Source: Corallococcus caeni (GTDB lineage: Bacteria > Myxococcota > Myxococcia > Myxococcales > Myxococcaceae). From it: DNA of 64,000 bases. The notes under the pieces were generated by a model. The model was not told where the DNA came from. It searched no databases and saw only the letters and a list, made by a program, of their open reading frames with translations. Within the stretch, counting starts at the first letter, position 1, and the number at the start of each line of letters is the position of its first letter. Of this stretch, positions 9,204 through 17,981 are shown piece by piece. Position numbers and translations under genes: made by a program. Location: assembly GCF_036245865.1 (NCBI RefSeq), contig NZ_BTTW01000008.1, positions 160,396 to 224,395 on the forward strand. The letters are read 5' to 3'.

Positions 9204-12200
9204 CCCGTGCGCTCCGTCGCTTCATCGCTCCCGCGCTCCTGCTGGCACCGCTGCTCGCCGGGGCGGAAGGTCTCAGTCAGCTCTGCGCGGACGTGCTGGA
9301 CCAGGACAAACAGCCCACGTTCCAGGCCAGCGGCTTCGACACGAACCAGTCCATCCTCATCACGAGCGAGAACCCGGCACGCCTTCAGCTCAACACCAAC
9401 CTGACGGTGCTGGACCCCGAGCACATCTCCTTACCGTTCGACCAGCACGTCACCATCAGCTACGTGTTCGAGTCCGCCGGCGCATCCCACGCGCTTGGCT
9501 ACATGTACCTGGATGATGTGAAGGCACGCGGCTACGCGGATGAAAGTGGGAACCTCGTGGATGCCAATGGCAATGGCATCCTGGACCTGCACGAAGACCT
9601 GTACAACCTGGCTCCCACCAGCGGCTCCAGGGCGCGTCCCTATATCGGGCCCTACACGTCGGACGGTGTTCCCAATCGCCGGTGCAACGTCTCGTTCACC
9701 TCGGGCGGCTTCACCTACAACCAGCCCGAGCTGGCCATGAGTGGCGGCTGCGCCAATACCTTCAGCTCCCAGCAGAGCGTGAGGGATGCGCGGCCGGGAC
9801 AGACGGGCACCACCATCAAGGTGGACCTGGTGGGCAGCACCATGGGCGGCACTCCCACCGCGCCCGCCTTCTCCGACCGGGGCGTCTTCAACTTCATTCC
9901 CAACCTGCTGGAGCCGCCGGACCCGCGCAACAACAAGCTGGGGCTGGGGAAGATGGTCTTCCTGCTGTCCGACGACGACACGGACACGACCGTCTTCAAC
10001 AACCTCGCCCCGGTCGCGGACTCGAGCACCACCGCCGACGGCGTGCCCGACTACGACGTCTCCAAGTACGACGCCAACGGCCTCCAGCGCGCCACCAATC
10101 CGGACACGGGCATCACCACGTACGACCGGACGGTGGACCTGGGGCAGCTTCAAGGCGGCAAGGAAATCGTCTTCTTCCTCGTCGTCTTCTACGACGCGAC
10201 CCACGCCCCCACGTCGACGGGCGGTACCGTCTACCCGTGCCTGCGCCGTGACTCGGCGGACAAGTGCACCCTCCACTTGCGCACGTCCGTCTCCGTCTTC
10301 TTCTCCAAGGCGTCGTGGAACCTGGACCAGAACGCCGTGGCTGGCACCACGGTGGCCGAGCGCAACATCGGCTGCAGCTACAATGCGAGCTGCGACCCGA
10401 ACAGTCCCAGCAGCTCCGCCGGGGCCTGCACGGTGGTCAACTCCACCCAGAAGCTGTGCGGCTGGCTGGAGGGCCCGAAGACCAGCACCAACTCCACGCT
10501 GGGCCGGTTGAACACGTCGGCCTACGGCAACCTCGACATGCCCATGGAGAAGGTCTCCATTCCCCGGCCCGCCAACAACCGCATGCCCCACGTCATCGTG
10601 GGGGCGCCGAGCACGGACCCGTTCCGGTGGATCCTCGGGTTCGAGGACCTCAATGGAGGCGGCGACCGCGACTTCAACGACGTCGTGTTCATGATCAACA
10701 AGGAGAACGGCGGAGGCGTGCGCTCGGGCACCGTCTCCGGTGACATCTCACCTTCCGTCGCCGAGGACTTCACCATCACCAAGGTCCGCTTCCGGCGTCA
10801 GGACGACCTCGCGCCCGCGCCGCGCACCTGTTCCGGTGGCGCTCCGTGCTGGTCGGAGGAGCTGCCGGGCGCGTGCCGGCCCCCCGGAGGGCCGCTGCCC
10901 ACCATCCGGTATTCCATCGCCGTGGACTGCCGCGTCTGCAGCGATGGCGCCTGCACCCGCAATCCCAACCCCGCCTGGTATCCGGTGGATTTCCCCAACA
11001 CCTCACCCCCCACCCAGCAGGTGGAGCTGGACATGCTGGCGCTGGGCTTCACCGGCTCACAGCTGTGCTGGAAGGCGGACATCACCAGCCCGAACGAGCG
11101 GTGCCGTCCCATCATCGATAACGTCGACGTGGGCTACCAGGCCGTACGCGCCGGCACGTACGCGCGCGCGTCGCCCTCCACCGTGGGCAACGCCATCATC
11201 TGGGGCACGAACGAGACCCCGGGCCGCGGCTGGGGCACGGGCTGGACGCCGCCCGGCTATGCCGGCATGCCCGCCGCCAGCCAGCGGGCCTACGATGACA
11301 GCAAGGACCAGTCGGTGCGGGGGCACCTCTCCTTCCGCTCGCTCTACGACCCGGAGGACCCCACCCGGACGAGCGTCGTCGAGCGGTGGGATGGCGGTCG
11401 CGTCATGGCGGTCGCGCTGGCGCAGGGCCAGGACCCCACCACCCGCCGCCTCTTCACCATGGACGGCACCGGGGCGCGCACGGACATCGAAACGGTCGCC
11501 GCGGACAGCGCGTCCACCAGTCCGCTCTTCCCCGACTCCCTCTGTGACCAGGTGGTCAACGGCCGCTATGTCTTCGACCTGAACGACGACGGGACGTGCG
11601 GGACGCCCACCCATCCGTTCAAGCAGATTGACGACGACACCAACGACCGCGCCTTCCTGCGCGAGTGGCTGTATGGCTGGGAGGACCTGCACCCGCCGGC
11701 CCCCTCGAATGCGCGGCGCGCCTGGCCCATGGGCGGCGTCAACCAGTCCACCGTGGCGCTCGCGGTGCCGCCGTTCTTCGACGCCTGGTACCAGGGCGCC
11801 CGCCCCGCGGAGCGCGACCAGTACCGCAAGAACTTCATGGAGCCGCTGAAGGACCGTCGCACCGTGGCCTATGTCGGCACGATGAGCGGCTACCTGCATG
11901 CCTTCGACGCGGGGGCGTTCCGCACCGATACACGCGATGGCTGCGTGGACGCGGACCAGCGGCGCGGCTACTTCGCGCCGACCTCATGCGGCGCGGGCAC
12001 CTCCCCGCGCGACTATGGCACCGGCCAGGAAGCGTTCGCCTACCTCCCGAGGCTCCTGCTCGACCGCTACGTCAACCGCTACGTGCGGTACCTGGGCTCG
12101 GGCTCGCTGCCTCGTCCGCAGGTGGACGCCTCGCCCACCATCGCCAACGTGGACCTCGGCGTGCCCGGCAAGCCCGCGTGGACGATGTCCAGCTCGCCCT

Positions 12201-13426
12201 CGCGGACGGAGGGCGCCAAGACGGTGCTGGTGTCCGCCACGGGCAAGGGGAGCCCGGCCGTCTTCGCGCTCGACATCACCCGTCCGGACCTTCCGGCCCG
12301 ATTCCCGCTGCCCCTCTGGGAGTTCAGCCTGGCGGACACCGCGGTGCAGCAGGCCTTCTCGGATGCGCGCGCCACGGACACCTCCTCTCCCAAGAAGGTG
12401 AAGCTCCCGGATGACGCTGGCTCGCGGCACGCTCCGAGCGTGGGGCGCCTGGCGTGGGGCTCCAGCAAGGACAAGGGCGTCTGGGCCGCGGTCGTCGGCA
12501 CGGACTACGTCCCCAGTTCGGGCCGGGCGGGCACGCTCTACCTGCTCGACATGAAGACGGGGCGCCCGCTCGACCTGGGCACCACCGCCGCCGGCCGCAT
12601 GGCGGGGGTCATCACCCTGGACGACGGCTCGGGCATCGCCGCCGAGTCCACGCTGGTGGACGTGAACCGGGATGGCACCTACGAGGTCCTCTATGTTCCG
12701 ACCACGGCCGGCCGCGTGTACCGCGTCAACCTGGACCAGGTCGACACGGGCGCGCCGCCAGGCGCCAAGGTGAGCCGGTGCCGCGTGGCGGACGCCCCGG
12801 TGGACGTATCGTTGAGCAGCGGCGCGGCCCAGTCCCAGGACCAGAGCTACCAGCAGCTCTACTCCAACCTGGCCGTGAGGGTGGTGGACGCTCCCGACGG
12901 CCCCGTGGTGCGCTTCTACTTCGGCACGGCCGACAATCCGGACGAGTCCTCGGACGGGCCGGCGAACAACACCTCCTACCGCTACCACCTGCTGGGCTAC
13001 GAGGACCCGGACCCCACGGGCACCCGGGGATGCGTGGCGCTGACCCCGCTCTGGGTAAAGCCGCTGGATGCGGGGCAGGCGGTGTGGGGCGGCGTCTCGC
13101 TCTCCGAGGACCAGGTCTATGCCACCACGGCCGTCGGGAAGGCCGCGGACATTTGCAGCCTGAGCAGCACGCAGAGCGGACGGTTCTACGCCGTCGGCCA
13201 GCTGGGCGGAGGGACGCAGGGGCCCACGATGTCGAGCGCGCCCATCCAGGGCCACGGTGTCAGCGCGCCGGTGGTGCACGACGAGCACCTCTTCGTGCTC
13301 ACCGCGGACGGAAAGCTGCTGATGGTGGGCGACGACTCCTGGAACAACGACACCGGAAGCGCGGCGACGACGCGCTCGCGGGTCTTGCTCTGGGAGCCCG
13401 CGCCCGAAGGACGGTTGCCGAAATGA
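9200..13426 (+). CDS. pilY1: PilY1-like type IV pilus tip adhesin/assembly protein
   Basis: The 1408-aa protein has a signal peptide (MTRALRRFIAPALLLAPLLAGA). Its C-terminal region carries the PilY1 beta-propeller signature (VAYVGTMSGYLHAFDAGAF...EAFAYLP). It sits in a minor-pilin operon. The long track ORF 8735..13426 shares this frame and the start is taken at the ATG at 9200. Confidence 0.8.
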   Translation: MTRALRRFIAPALLLAPLLAGAEGLSQLCADVLDQDKQPTFQASGFDTNQSILITSENPARLQLNTNLTVLDPEHISLPFDQHVTISYVFESAGASHALGYMYLDDVKARGYADESGNLVDANGNGILDLHEDLYNLAPTSGSRARPYIGPYTSDGVPNRRCNVSFTSGGFTYNQPELAMSGGCANTFSSQQSVRDARPGQTGTTIKVDLVGSTMGGTPTAPAFSDRGVFNFIPNLLEPPDPRNNKLGLGKMVFLLSDDDTDTTVFNNLAPVADSSTTADGVPDYDVSKYDANGLQRATNPDTGITTYDRTVDLGQLQGGKEIVFFLVVFYDATHAPTSTGGTVYPCLRRDSADKCTLHLRTSVSVFFSKASWNLDQNAVAGTTVAERNIGCSYNASCDPNSPSSSAGACTVVNSTQKLCGWLEGPKTSTNSTLGRLNTSAYGNLDMPMEKVSIPRPANNRMPHVIVGAPSTDPFRWILGFEDLNGGGDRDFNDVVFMINKENGGGVRSGTVSGDISPSVAEDFTITKVRFRRQDDLAPAPRTCSGGAPCWSEELPGACRPPGGPLPTIRYSIAVDCRVCSDGACTRNPNPAWYPVDFPNTSPPTQQVELDMLALGFTGSQLCWKADITSPNERCRPIIDNVDVGYQAVRAGTYARASPSTVGNAIIWGTNETPGRGWGTGWTPPGYAGMPAASQRAYDDSKDQSVRGHLSFRSLYDPEDPTRTSVVERWDGGRVMAVALAQGQDPTTRRLFTMDGTGARTDIETVAADSASTSPLFPDSLCDQVVNGRYVFDLNDDGTCGTPTHPFKQIDDDTNDRAFLREWLYGWEDLHPPAPSNARRAWPMGGVNQSTVALAVPPFFDAWYQGARPAERDQYRKNFMEPLKDRRTVAYVGTMSGYLHAFDAGAFRTDTRDGCVDADQRRGYFAPTSCGAGTSPRDYGTGQEAFAYLPRLLLDRYVNRYVRYLGSGSLPRPQVDASPTIANVDLGVPGKPAWTMSSSPSRTEGAKTVLVSATGKGSPAVFALDITRPDLPARFPLPLWEFSLADTAVQQAFSDARATDTSSPKKVKLPDDAGSRHAPSVGRLAWGSSKDKGVWAAVVGTDYVPSSGRAGTLYLLDMKTGRPLDLGTTAAGRMAGVITLDDGSGIAAESTLVDVNRDGTYEVLYVPTTAGRVYRVNLDQVDTGAPPGAKVSRCRVADAPVDVSLSSGAAQSQDQSYQQLYSNLAVRVVDAPDGPVVRFYFGTADNPDESSDGPANNTSYRYHLLGYEDPDPTGTRGCVALTPLWVKPLDAGQAVWGGVSLSEDQVYATTAVGKAADICSLSSTQSGRFYAVGQLGGGTQGPTMSSAPIQGHGVSAPVVHDEHLFVLTADGKLLMVGDDSWNNDTGSAATTRSRVLLWEPAPEGRLPK

Positions 13427-13944
13427 AGACCCGGGGACTCAGCAAAGGCCGCGGCGTCGCGCTGATGGAGACGATGGTCGCTTCGGTGGTCCTCGTCATG
13501 GGGCTGATGGCGGCCCTGACGCTGATGGTGGAGACGAACCGCGCCAACCGCCGGACCCTCACCGCCACCCAGGCGCAGACCCTCGCCGAGCAGACCCTGG
13601 AGAACATCGTCTCCATGGGCTGCACGCGCGCACCGCCGTGCGGCAACATCGCCACGCTGGATGGCAGCCGCTCCAAGGTGTGGCAGACCGCCGCCGGGGC
13701 GGTGCTGACGACACGGCCCCAGGCGCCCATCGTCGCGCGCGAATACGAGATCGCGGTGGACGTGGATGGCGCCGTCCAGCCGGGCCTCAACGAGAACGGC
13801 TCCCTTGGACAGCCGCCCTTGAACCGCTCGCTTCGGGGGATGGGGCCCGGCAACCTCGTCAACGTGCGGGTCAGCGTCAGCTGGGTCGAGCCGGCCCGGT
13901 CCGGACGTCAGGTGGTCGTCCTCCAGACGCGGATGGCGCCATGA
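13423..13944 (+). CDS. Type IV minor pilin (PilV-like) with a class III signal peptide
   Basis: The N-terminus (KGRG|VALMETMVASVVLVMGL) has Glu at +5. The start ATG overlaps the pilY1 stop (ATGA), and its own stop overlaps the next gene. Confidence 0.65.
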   Translation: MKTRGLSKGRGVALMETMVASVVLVMGLMAALTLMVETNRANRRTLTATQAQTLAEQTLENIVSMGCTRAPPCGNIATLDGSRSKVWQTAAGAVLTTRPQAPIVAREYEIAVDVDGAVQPGLNENGSLGQPPLNRSLRGMGPGNLVNVRVSVSWVEPARSGRQVVVLQTRMAP

Positions 13945-15131
13945 AACGCACTCCTTCCTGGATGCGTGGCTTCACGTTGGTGGAGCTCATGATTGCCGCC
14001 GCGGTGTCCGTGCTGCTGCTCACGCTGGCCCTGAGCGCCAGCGCCCAGGTCCAGCGGCGCCTGGTGCTCGAACAGCAGACGATGTCGGCGCAGGTCACCG
14101 GGCGCGCCGTCAAGGAGTTCCTGGGCACCGAGGTCCTCCGCGTCGGCGTGGGCATGGGGAACGCGACGGTGGTGTTCTCACAAGGGGATTTGCGCCAGGG
14201 CTTCACCGTGTGGTCGGAGCCGGACCTGTCGCAGGGCCGTCCCCCCCTGCTGGCCGCGGACCCCGGCTTCGCGCTTCCGCCCGCGAGCGGGCCGTACGCG
14301 GGCATGGCCTCGGATGCCCTGCAGCTGTGGTGGGGGGACACCCGGGGACTGATTGCGTTGGACGACTGTCCCGGCGGAAAGGCCTATCGGGTCCGCGAGG
14401 GCGGCCCCTCGCGGTTCTGCACGGCGCCCGCGCCCTCCTCGGAGCTCCAGCCCCAGGCGGGGCAGTCCACGCCGGCGTTCCTCGTCAATTCCGGCCTGGC
14501 GCTGGCCTGCCACGTGGAGGTGAGCCAGGTGCGGGTGGCGGCCCGGGAGGTCTCCGCCTTCGTCGGCAGGGGGACGTCATCCACCCAGAGCGGCCCTTGC
14601 GCGGACGCGCAGGACCCCGTGTGGGAGCGGACGGGCTGGCTGCTGCTGAGGGCCCAGGGCTCGTCGTACCGGGTGAACTGGGCCACGGGCAATCCCGTCC
14701 TGGAGTACCTCGCGTCGGGGGCCACCACGTGGACCGCCATGAGCCGCGATGTCGAGCGTCTGAAGATTCGGCAGGGGATCATCGACCTGTCACAGCCACA
14801 GCTGCCCCCGCGGTGGTTTCCGGACGCGGCGGCCGGGCGGCCCGCCGTCGATGCCTGCACACGGGGCCAGCCGGAGTGCGCAGTGGACGCGGGGCCTGCG
14901 GGCGCTCCCGAGGCCCCTGCCTCCACGGATGCGGAGCTCCGGCGGCTCCTCCAGGAGCGCGTCCGGTCCGTGGAGGTGACGCTCGTCGTCCGCACGCCGC
15001 GCCGGGACCTTTCCTCCATCCAGACGGACACGACCGATGACGAGGGGCTTCCCAGGGACGGGTACAACCGGCGGACGCTCACCTTCCGGGTGAGCCTCCG
15101 GAACAACGCTTTCGCGGGAAGGCTGCCCTGA
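13941..15131 (+). CDS. Type IV minor pilin (PilW-like)
   Basis: The 396-aa protein has a classical prepilin N-terminus (MRGFTLVELMIAAAVSVLLL). The start is taken at the internal ATG of track ORF 13638..15131 and overlaps the previous stop (ATGA). Confidence 0.7.
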   Translation: MKRTPSWMRGFTLVELMIAAAVSVLLLTLALSASAQVQRRLVLEQQTMSAQVTGRAVKEFLGTEVLRVGVGMGNATVVFSQGDLRQGFTVWSEPDLSQGRPPLLAADPGFALPPASGPYAGMASDALQLWWGDTRGLIALDDCPGGKAYRVREGGPSRFCTAPAPSSELQPQAGQSTPAFLVNSGLALACHVEVSQVRVAAREVSAFVGRGTSSTQSGPCADAQDPVWERTGWLLLRAQGSSYRVNWATGNPVLEYLASGATTWTAMSRDVERLKIRQGIIDLSQPQLPPRWFPDAAAGRPAVDACTRGQPECAVDAGPAGAPEAPASTDAELRRLLQERVRSVEVTLVVRTPRRDLSSIQTDTTDDEGLPRDGYNRRTLTFRVSLRNNAFAGRLP

Positions 15132-15148
15132 CCGGGCCCGAGGACTCC

Positions 15149-15796
15149 ATGAGTGGCTTTCGAGGAATGACTTTGCTGGAGCTGCTGGCGGGGCTGGCCG
15201 TGCTCGGCATCCTGGCGACGCTGGCGCTGGGGGAGCTGGGCGGCAGCATGGAGCGCCAGCGTGAGAGCGGTGCCGCTCGCGACCTCGTCTCCGCGGCGCT
15301 GCAGGCGCGGCAGCGAGCCCAGGCCACCCATCAACCCATCCGCTTCGTCGTGGATGCGAACGTGCCGCTGGCGGATGGCACCGTGCGGAACGTGGCCCGC
15401 TGGGAGCGGCCGCGGTGCGACAACACCTGGGACAGTGACTCCTGCCCGGCCACGAGCTGCGAGGCCACGACGTGCCGGCAGACGCCATCGTGCTGCGACG
15501 AGGTGGGGGCGGACATCCCGCTGCCCCCGTCGATGAACGCCTCGCCCGTGCATGGGTTGTGTTTCCTGCCCACCACGGGACGGCCCGTGCGCGTCGAGGG
15601 CGACCTGACTTGCATGCTGTCCAGCCGGGGGCGGCCTGACGCGCTCGCGGCCGCCGCGCCCGGGACGCTGAAGCTCACCTATTCGTCCGGGCGTGCCCCC
15701 ACGCTGTTCCAGGTCGAAGGGCTGACCGGCCTGGTGAGCCTCCTGGACTGCGATGCGCTGTCCGCGAGCGCCACCGCGGGCAAGGACTGCCCGTAG
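15149..15796 (+). CDS. FimT/GspH-like minor pilin
   Basis: It has a prepilin N-terminus (GMTLLELLAGLAVLGILATLA) and a Cys-rich C-terminal part. It is the last gene of the pilin operon. Confidence 0.7.
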   Translation: MSGFRGMTLLELLAGLAVLGILATLALGELGGSMERQRESGAARDLVSAALQARQRAQATHQPIRFVVDANVPLADGTVRNVARWERPRCDNTWDSDSCPATSCEATTCRQTPSCCDEVGADIPLPPSMNASPVHGLCFLPTTGRPVRVEGDLTCMLSSRGRPDALAAAAPGTLKLTYSSGRAPTLFQVEGLTGLVSLLDCDALSASATAGKDCP

Positions 15797-15832
15797 GACG
15801 CAGCCCGAAGGGGAGGAGGCCCGGGCTGCGTC
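15797..15832. terminator. GC-rich hairpin between convergent genes, likely a bidirectional terminator
   Basis: An 11-bp perfect inverted repeat (GACGCAGCCCG / CGGGCTGCGTC) flanks a 14-nt loop. It lies between the fimT-like stop (15796) and the lipoprotein stop (15849). There is no clear T-tract. Confidence 0.45.
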
Positions 15833-15848
15833 AGGGACAATCCCGCTG

Positions 15849-16421
15849 CTACAGCGACTCCTCCACCTTGTCACCGTAGCGGATGCGCCCCTTCAGGCCC
15901 AGGCAGAGGACGGGCTCGACTTCCGTGTCCTTGTCCGGCATGCGCGCGGTGAAGCCCACCGCCACCTTCAGCATTCCATCCTGCGTGTAGGGGAACAGGT
16001 TGACGGCGTCGTTGCCCGGCAGGTTCAACTCCGTGCTGGCACCGGCCTCCGTGCGGCTCCATTCCGTCAGCACGACGGGGCCGCCGCTCACCGTGGCGTT
16101 GTCCATGCCCAGCTTCACGGCGTCCAGGAAGCCGAGGTCGCCGCCGACGGCCCGGAAGGTGGCGCGACGGAAGCGCACGTCCGCGCTGACCATGTCCATG
16201 TCCTCGGGGAGCAGGCTCTTCACGTCCACCTCCAGGCTGAGGGTGGGCGAGAACGTGCCCTCCACCGGCAGGTTCGAGGCCTGGAACGCGTAGGGCTTCA
16301 TCCGGGTGCAGATCTCCGGGATGTCCACGTCGCCGAAGAGCAGTTCGCCGCAGCCGGACAGCAGGGAGGCACCGGCGAGCAGCACCAGGCGCAGGGGAGG
16401 GGAATCGAGCATCGACTTCAT
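15849..16421 (-). CDS. Hypothetical lipoprotein
   Basis: The 190-aa protein has a signal peptide with lipobox LLSGC. Confidence 0.55.
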   Translation of the reverse strand: MKSMLDSPPLRLVLLAGASLLSGCGELLFGDVDIPEICTRMKPYAFQASNLPVEGTFSPTLSLEVDVKSLLPEDMDMVSADVRFRRATFRAVGGDLGFLDAVKLGMDNATVSGGPVVLTEWSRTEAGASTELNLPGNDAVNLFPYTQDGMLKVAVGFTARMPDKDTEVEPVLCLGLKGRIRYGDKVEESL

Positions 16422-16454
16422 CGAGGAACTCCAGTGGGGAAGCCGCAGGGACGC

Positions 16455-17123
16455 TCAGCCCAGGTACAGCAGGAAGCCGAGCTTGAGGGTGGGAAGGGTG
16501 CCGCTCACGCGTGGCGCGGTGATGCTCTCCACGGTGACGTCGGAGGCGCGGGCCTTGGACCAGTCCTCCACGCCGTGCACGCGGGTGCGCACGTAGGACA
16601 GGCCTCCGCGCAGGAAGAAGGAGAAGCGCCGCGCACTGCCCAGCTCCAGGCCCAGATGGACGTTGGCGAAGTCGTAGCCCACGCGCTCGAGCAGCAGGCC
16701 CTCCGCCCCGAGCGTCCCGGCGACTCGCTCGATGGCCCGGCGTGCATTGCCCTCGGGCAGCCGGCCCACCTCCGCCGTCAGCGTGGGGCGCACGAAGGCT
16801 TGGAGCGGGATGAAGGACGCGCCGAAGCGGCCGCCCAGGCTGACGGCGTTGTGCACGACACCGCCGTGCAACCGCAGCATGCGGAGCGGGCGCAGCGCCA
16901 GCGACACACCGGCTCCCTCGGGAATGCCCGTGTCCAGCATCAGCCCCAGCCAGGGCAGGCCGGGCGCGGCGGACGCCACCGGAGCAGCGGGCACCTCGTG
17001 CGTGACTGGCACCGCTTGGGCAGCAGGTGCCTCGTGCGCGGCTGGCGCCGCATGAGCAGCGGGTGCCTCATGAGCCGCGACCCGCGGGTTGAACATCAGC
17101 GCACCGAGCAGCATCAACGACAT
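16455..17123 (-). CDS. Secreted protein with an N-terminal His/Ala/Pro-rich tandem repeat, possibly an outer-membrane protein
   Basis: The track ORF is 16455..17237 and the likely start is MSLMLLGALMF (signal peptide). It is followed by repeats AAHEAPAAH / VTHEVPAAP and a C-terminal hydrophobic/aromatic end. Confidence 0.5.
   Translation of the reverse strand: MSLMLLGALMFNPRVAAHEAPAAHAAPAAHEAPAAQAVPVTHEVPAAPVASAAPGLPWLGLMLDTGIPEGAGVSLALRPLRMLRLHGGVVHNAVSLGGRFGASFIPLQAFVRPTLTAEVGRLPEGNARRAIERVAGTLGAEGLLLERVGYDFANVHLGLELGSARRFSFFLRGGLSYVRTRVHGVEDWSKARASDVTVESITAPRVSGTLPTLKLGFLLYLG
16984..17083. repeat. Three imperfect tandem repeats of about 33 bp encoding the His/Ala/Pro repeat
   Basis: The unit gcagcGggCacctcGtgCg recurs three times at a period of about 33 bp inside CDS 16455..17123. 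Confidence 0.5.
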
Positions 17124-17414
17124 GAGCGGGGAAACCTCGTGGAGAGAAACGCTCTCCCGGAGGTCCATGGACCTGGGCCTCGCGGATGGCCGAGGAGCGT
17201 GTCCTTCGGGACTGCAATCACGGGTCCATCCCTCCACACGCCGGCCCTCGCCCTGAACGCGAGCCCGGTGGTGCGCGGGTGACCGGGTGATTCACACTCC
17301 AGTGCCACGGTCCTACTCGCCTGTTGCGGGGACCGCCGCTCGGACGCTCACGAGCGGGCCATTGGCCCCGAAACTGAATCACCGCTCCGGGAAACACCGA
17401 CCGGAGTACCCACG

Positions 17415-17975
17415 ATGCAACACAGGCCCCCCCGGAGCATTCTCATCGTGGATGACGAGGCCAGCGTCATCCATGCCCTGCGCCGCTGCCTGCGCAAGGA
17501 GAACTGCGAAATCCTGCACGCCAGCGGCCCTCATGAGGCGCTGAAGGTGCTCAATGACACGCCGACCGACCTCGTCATCTCGGACCACCTGATGGGGGAC
17601 ATGACGGGCCTTGCGTTCCTCAAGCTCGTGCGCGACAGGCACCCCGACTGCGTCCGCATGCTGCTGACCGGTCAGGCCGATATGCAGACGGCCATCGCCG
17701 CCATCAATCACGGAGGAATCTACCGCTTCCTCACCAAGCCCTGGGACGACATGGAGCTGCGGGTGACGGTGAACCTCGCCTTCGACCATCTCAAGCGCGA
17801 GCGTGAGAACCGTCTGCTGATGGCCCGGGCCCGGAACCCCGCGCTCCAAAACAAGATGGCTCGAGTCGAGCTGTCGCGTCCCCTGCCGCCGCCGCACCTG
17901 CCCAGCATCATCCGGGACGCCGACGGCGCCATCCTCCTCCCCGCTGAGCCGGACTCCGAGCTCGCACCCGCCTGA
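17415..17975 (+). CDS. Response regulator (receiver domain with a short C-terminal extension)
   Basis: It contains SILIVDDE...DLVISD...K (RFLTKPW). The histidine kinase gene starts 6 bp downstream. Confidence 0.85.
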   Translation: MQHRPPRSILIVDDEASVIHALRRCLRKENCEILHASGPHEALKVLNDTPTDLVISDHLMGDMTGLAFLKLVRDRHPDCVRMLLTGQADMQTAIAAINHGGIYRFLTKPWDDMELRVTVNLAFDHLKRERENRLLMARARNPALQNKMARVELSRPLPPPHLPSIIRDADGAILLPAEPDSELAPA

Positions 17976-17981
17976 GCCCCC

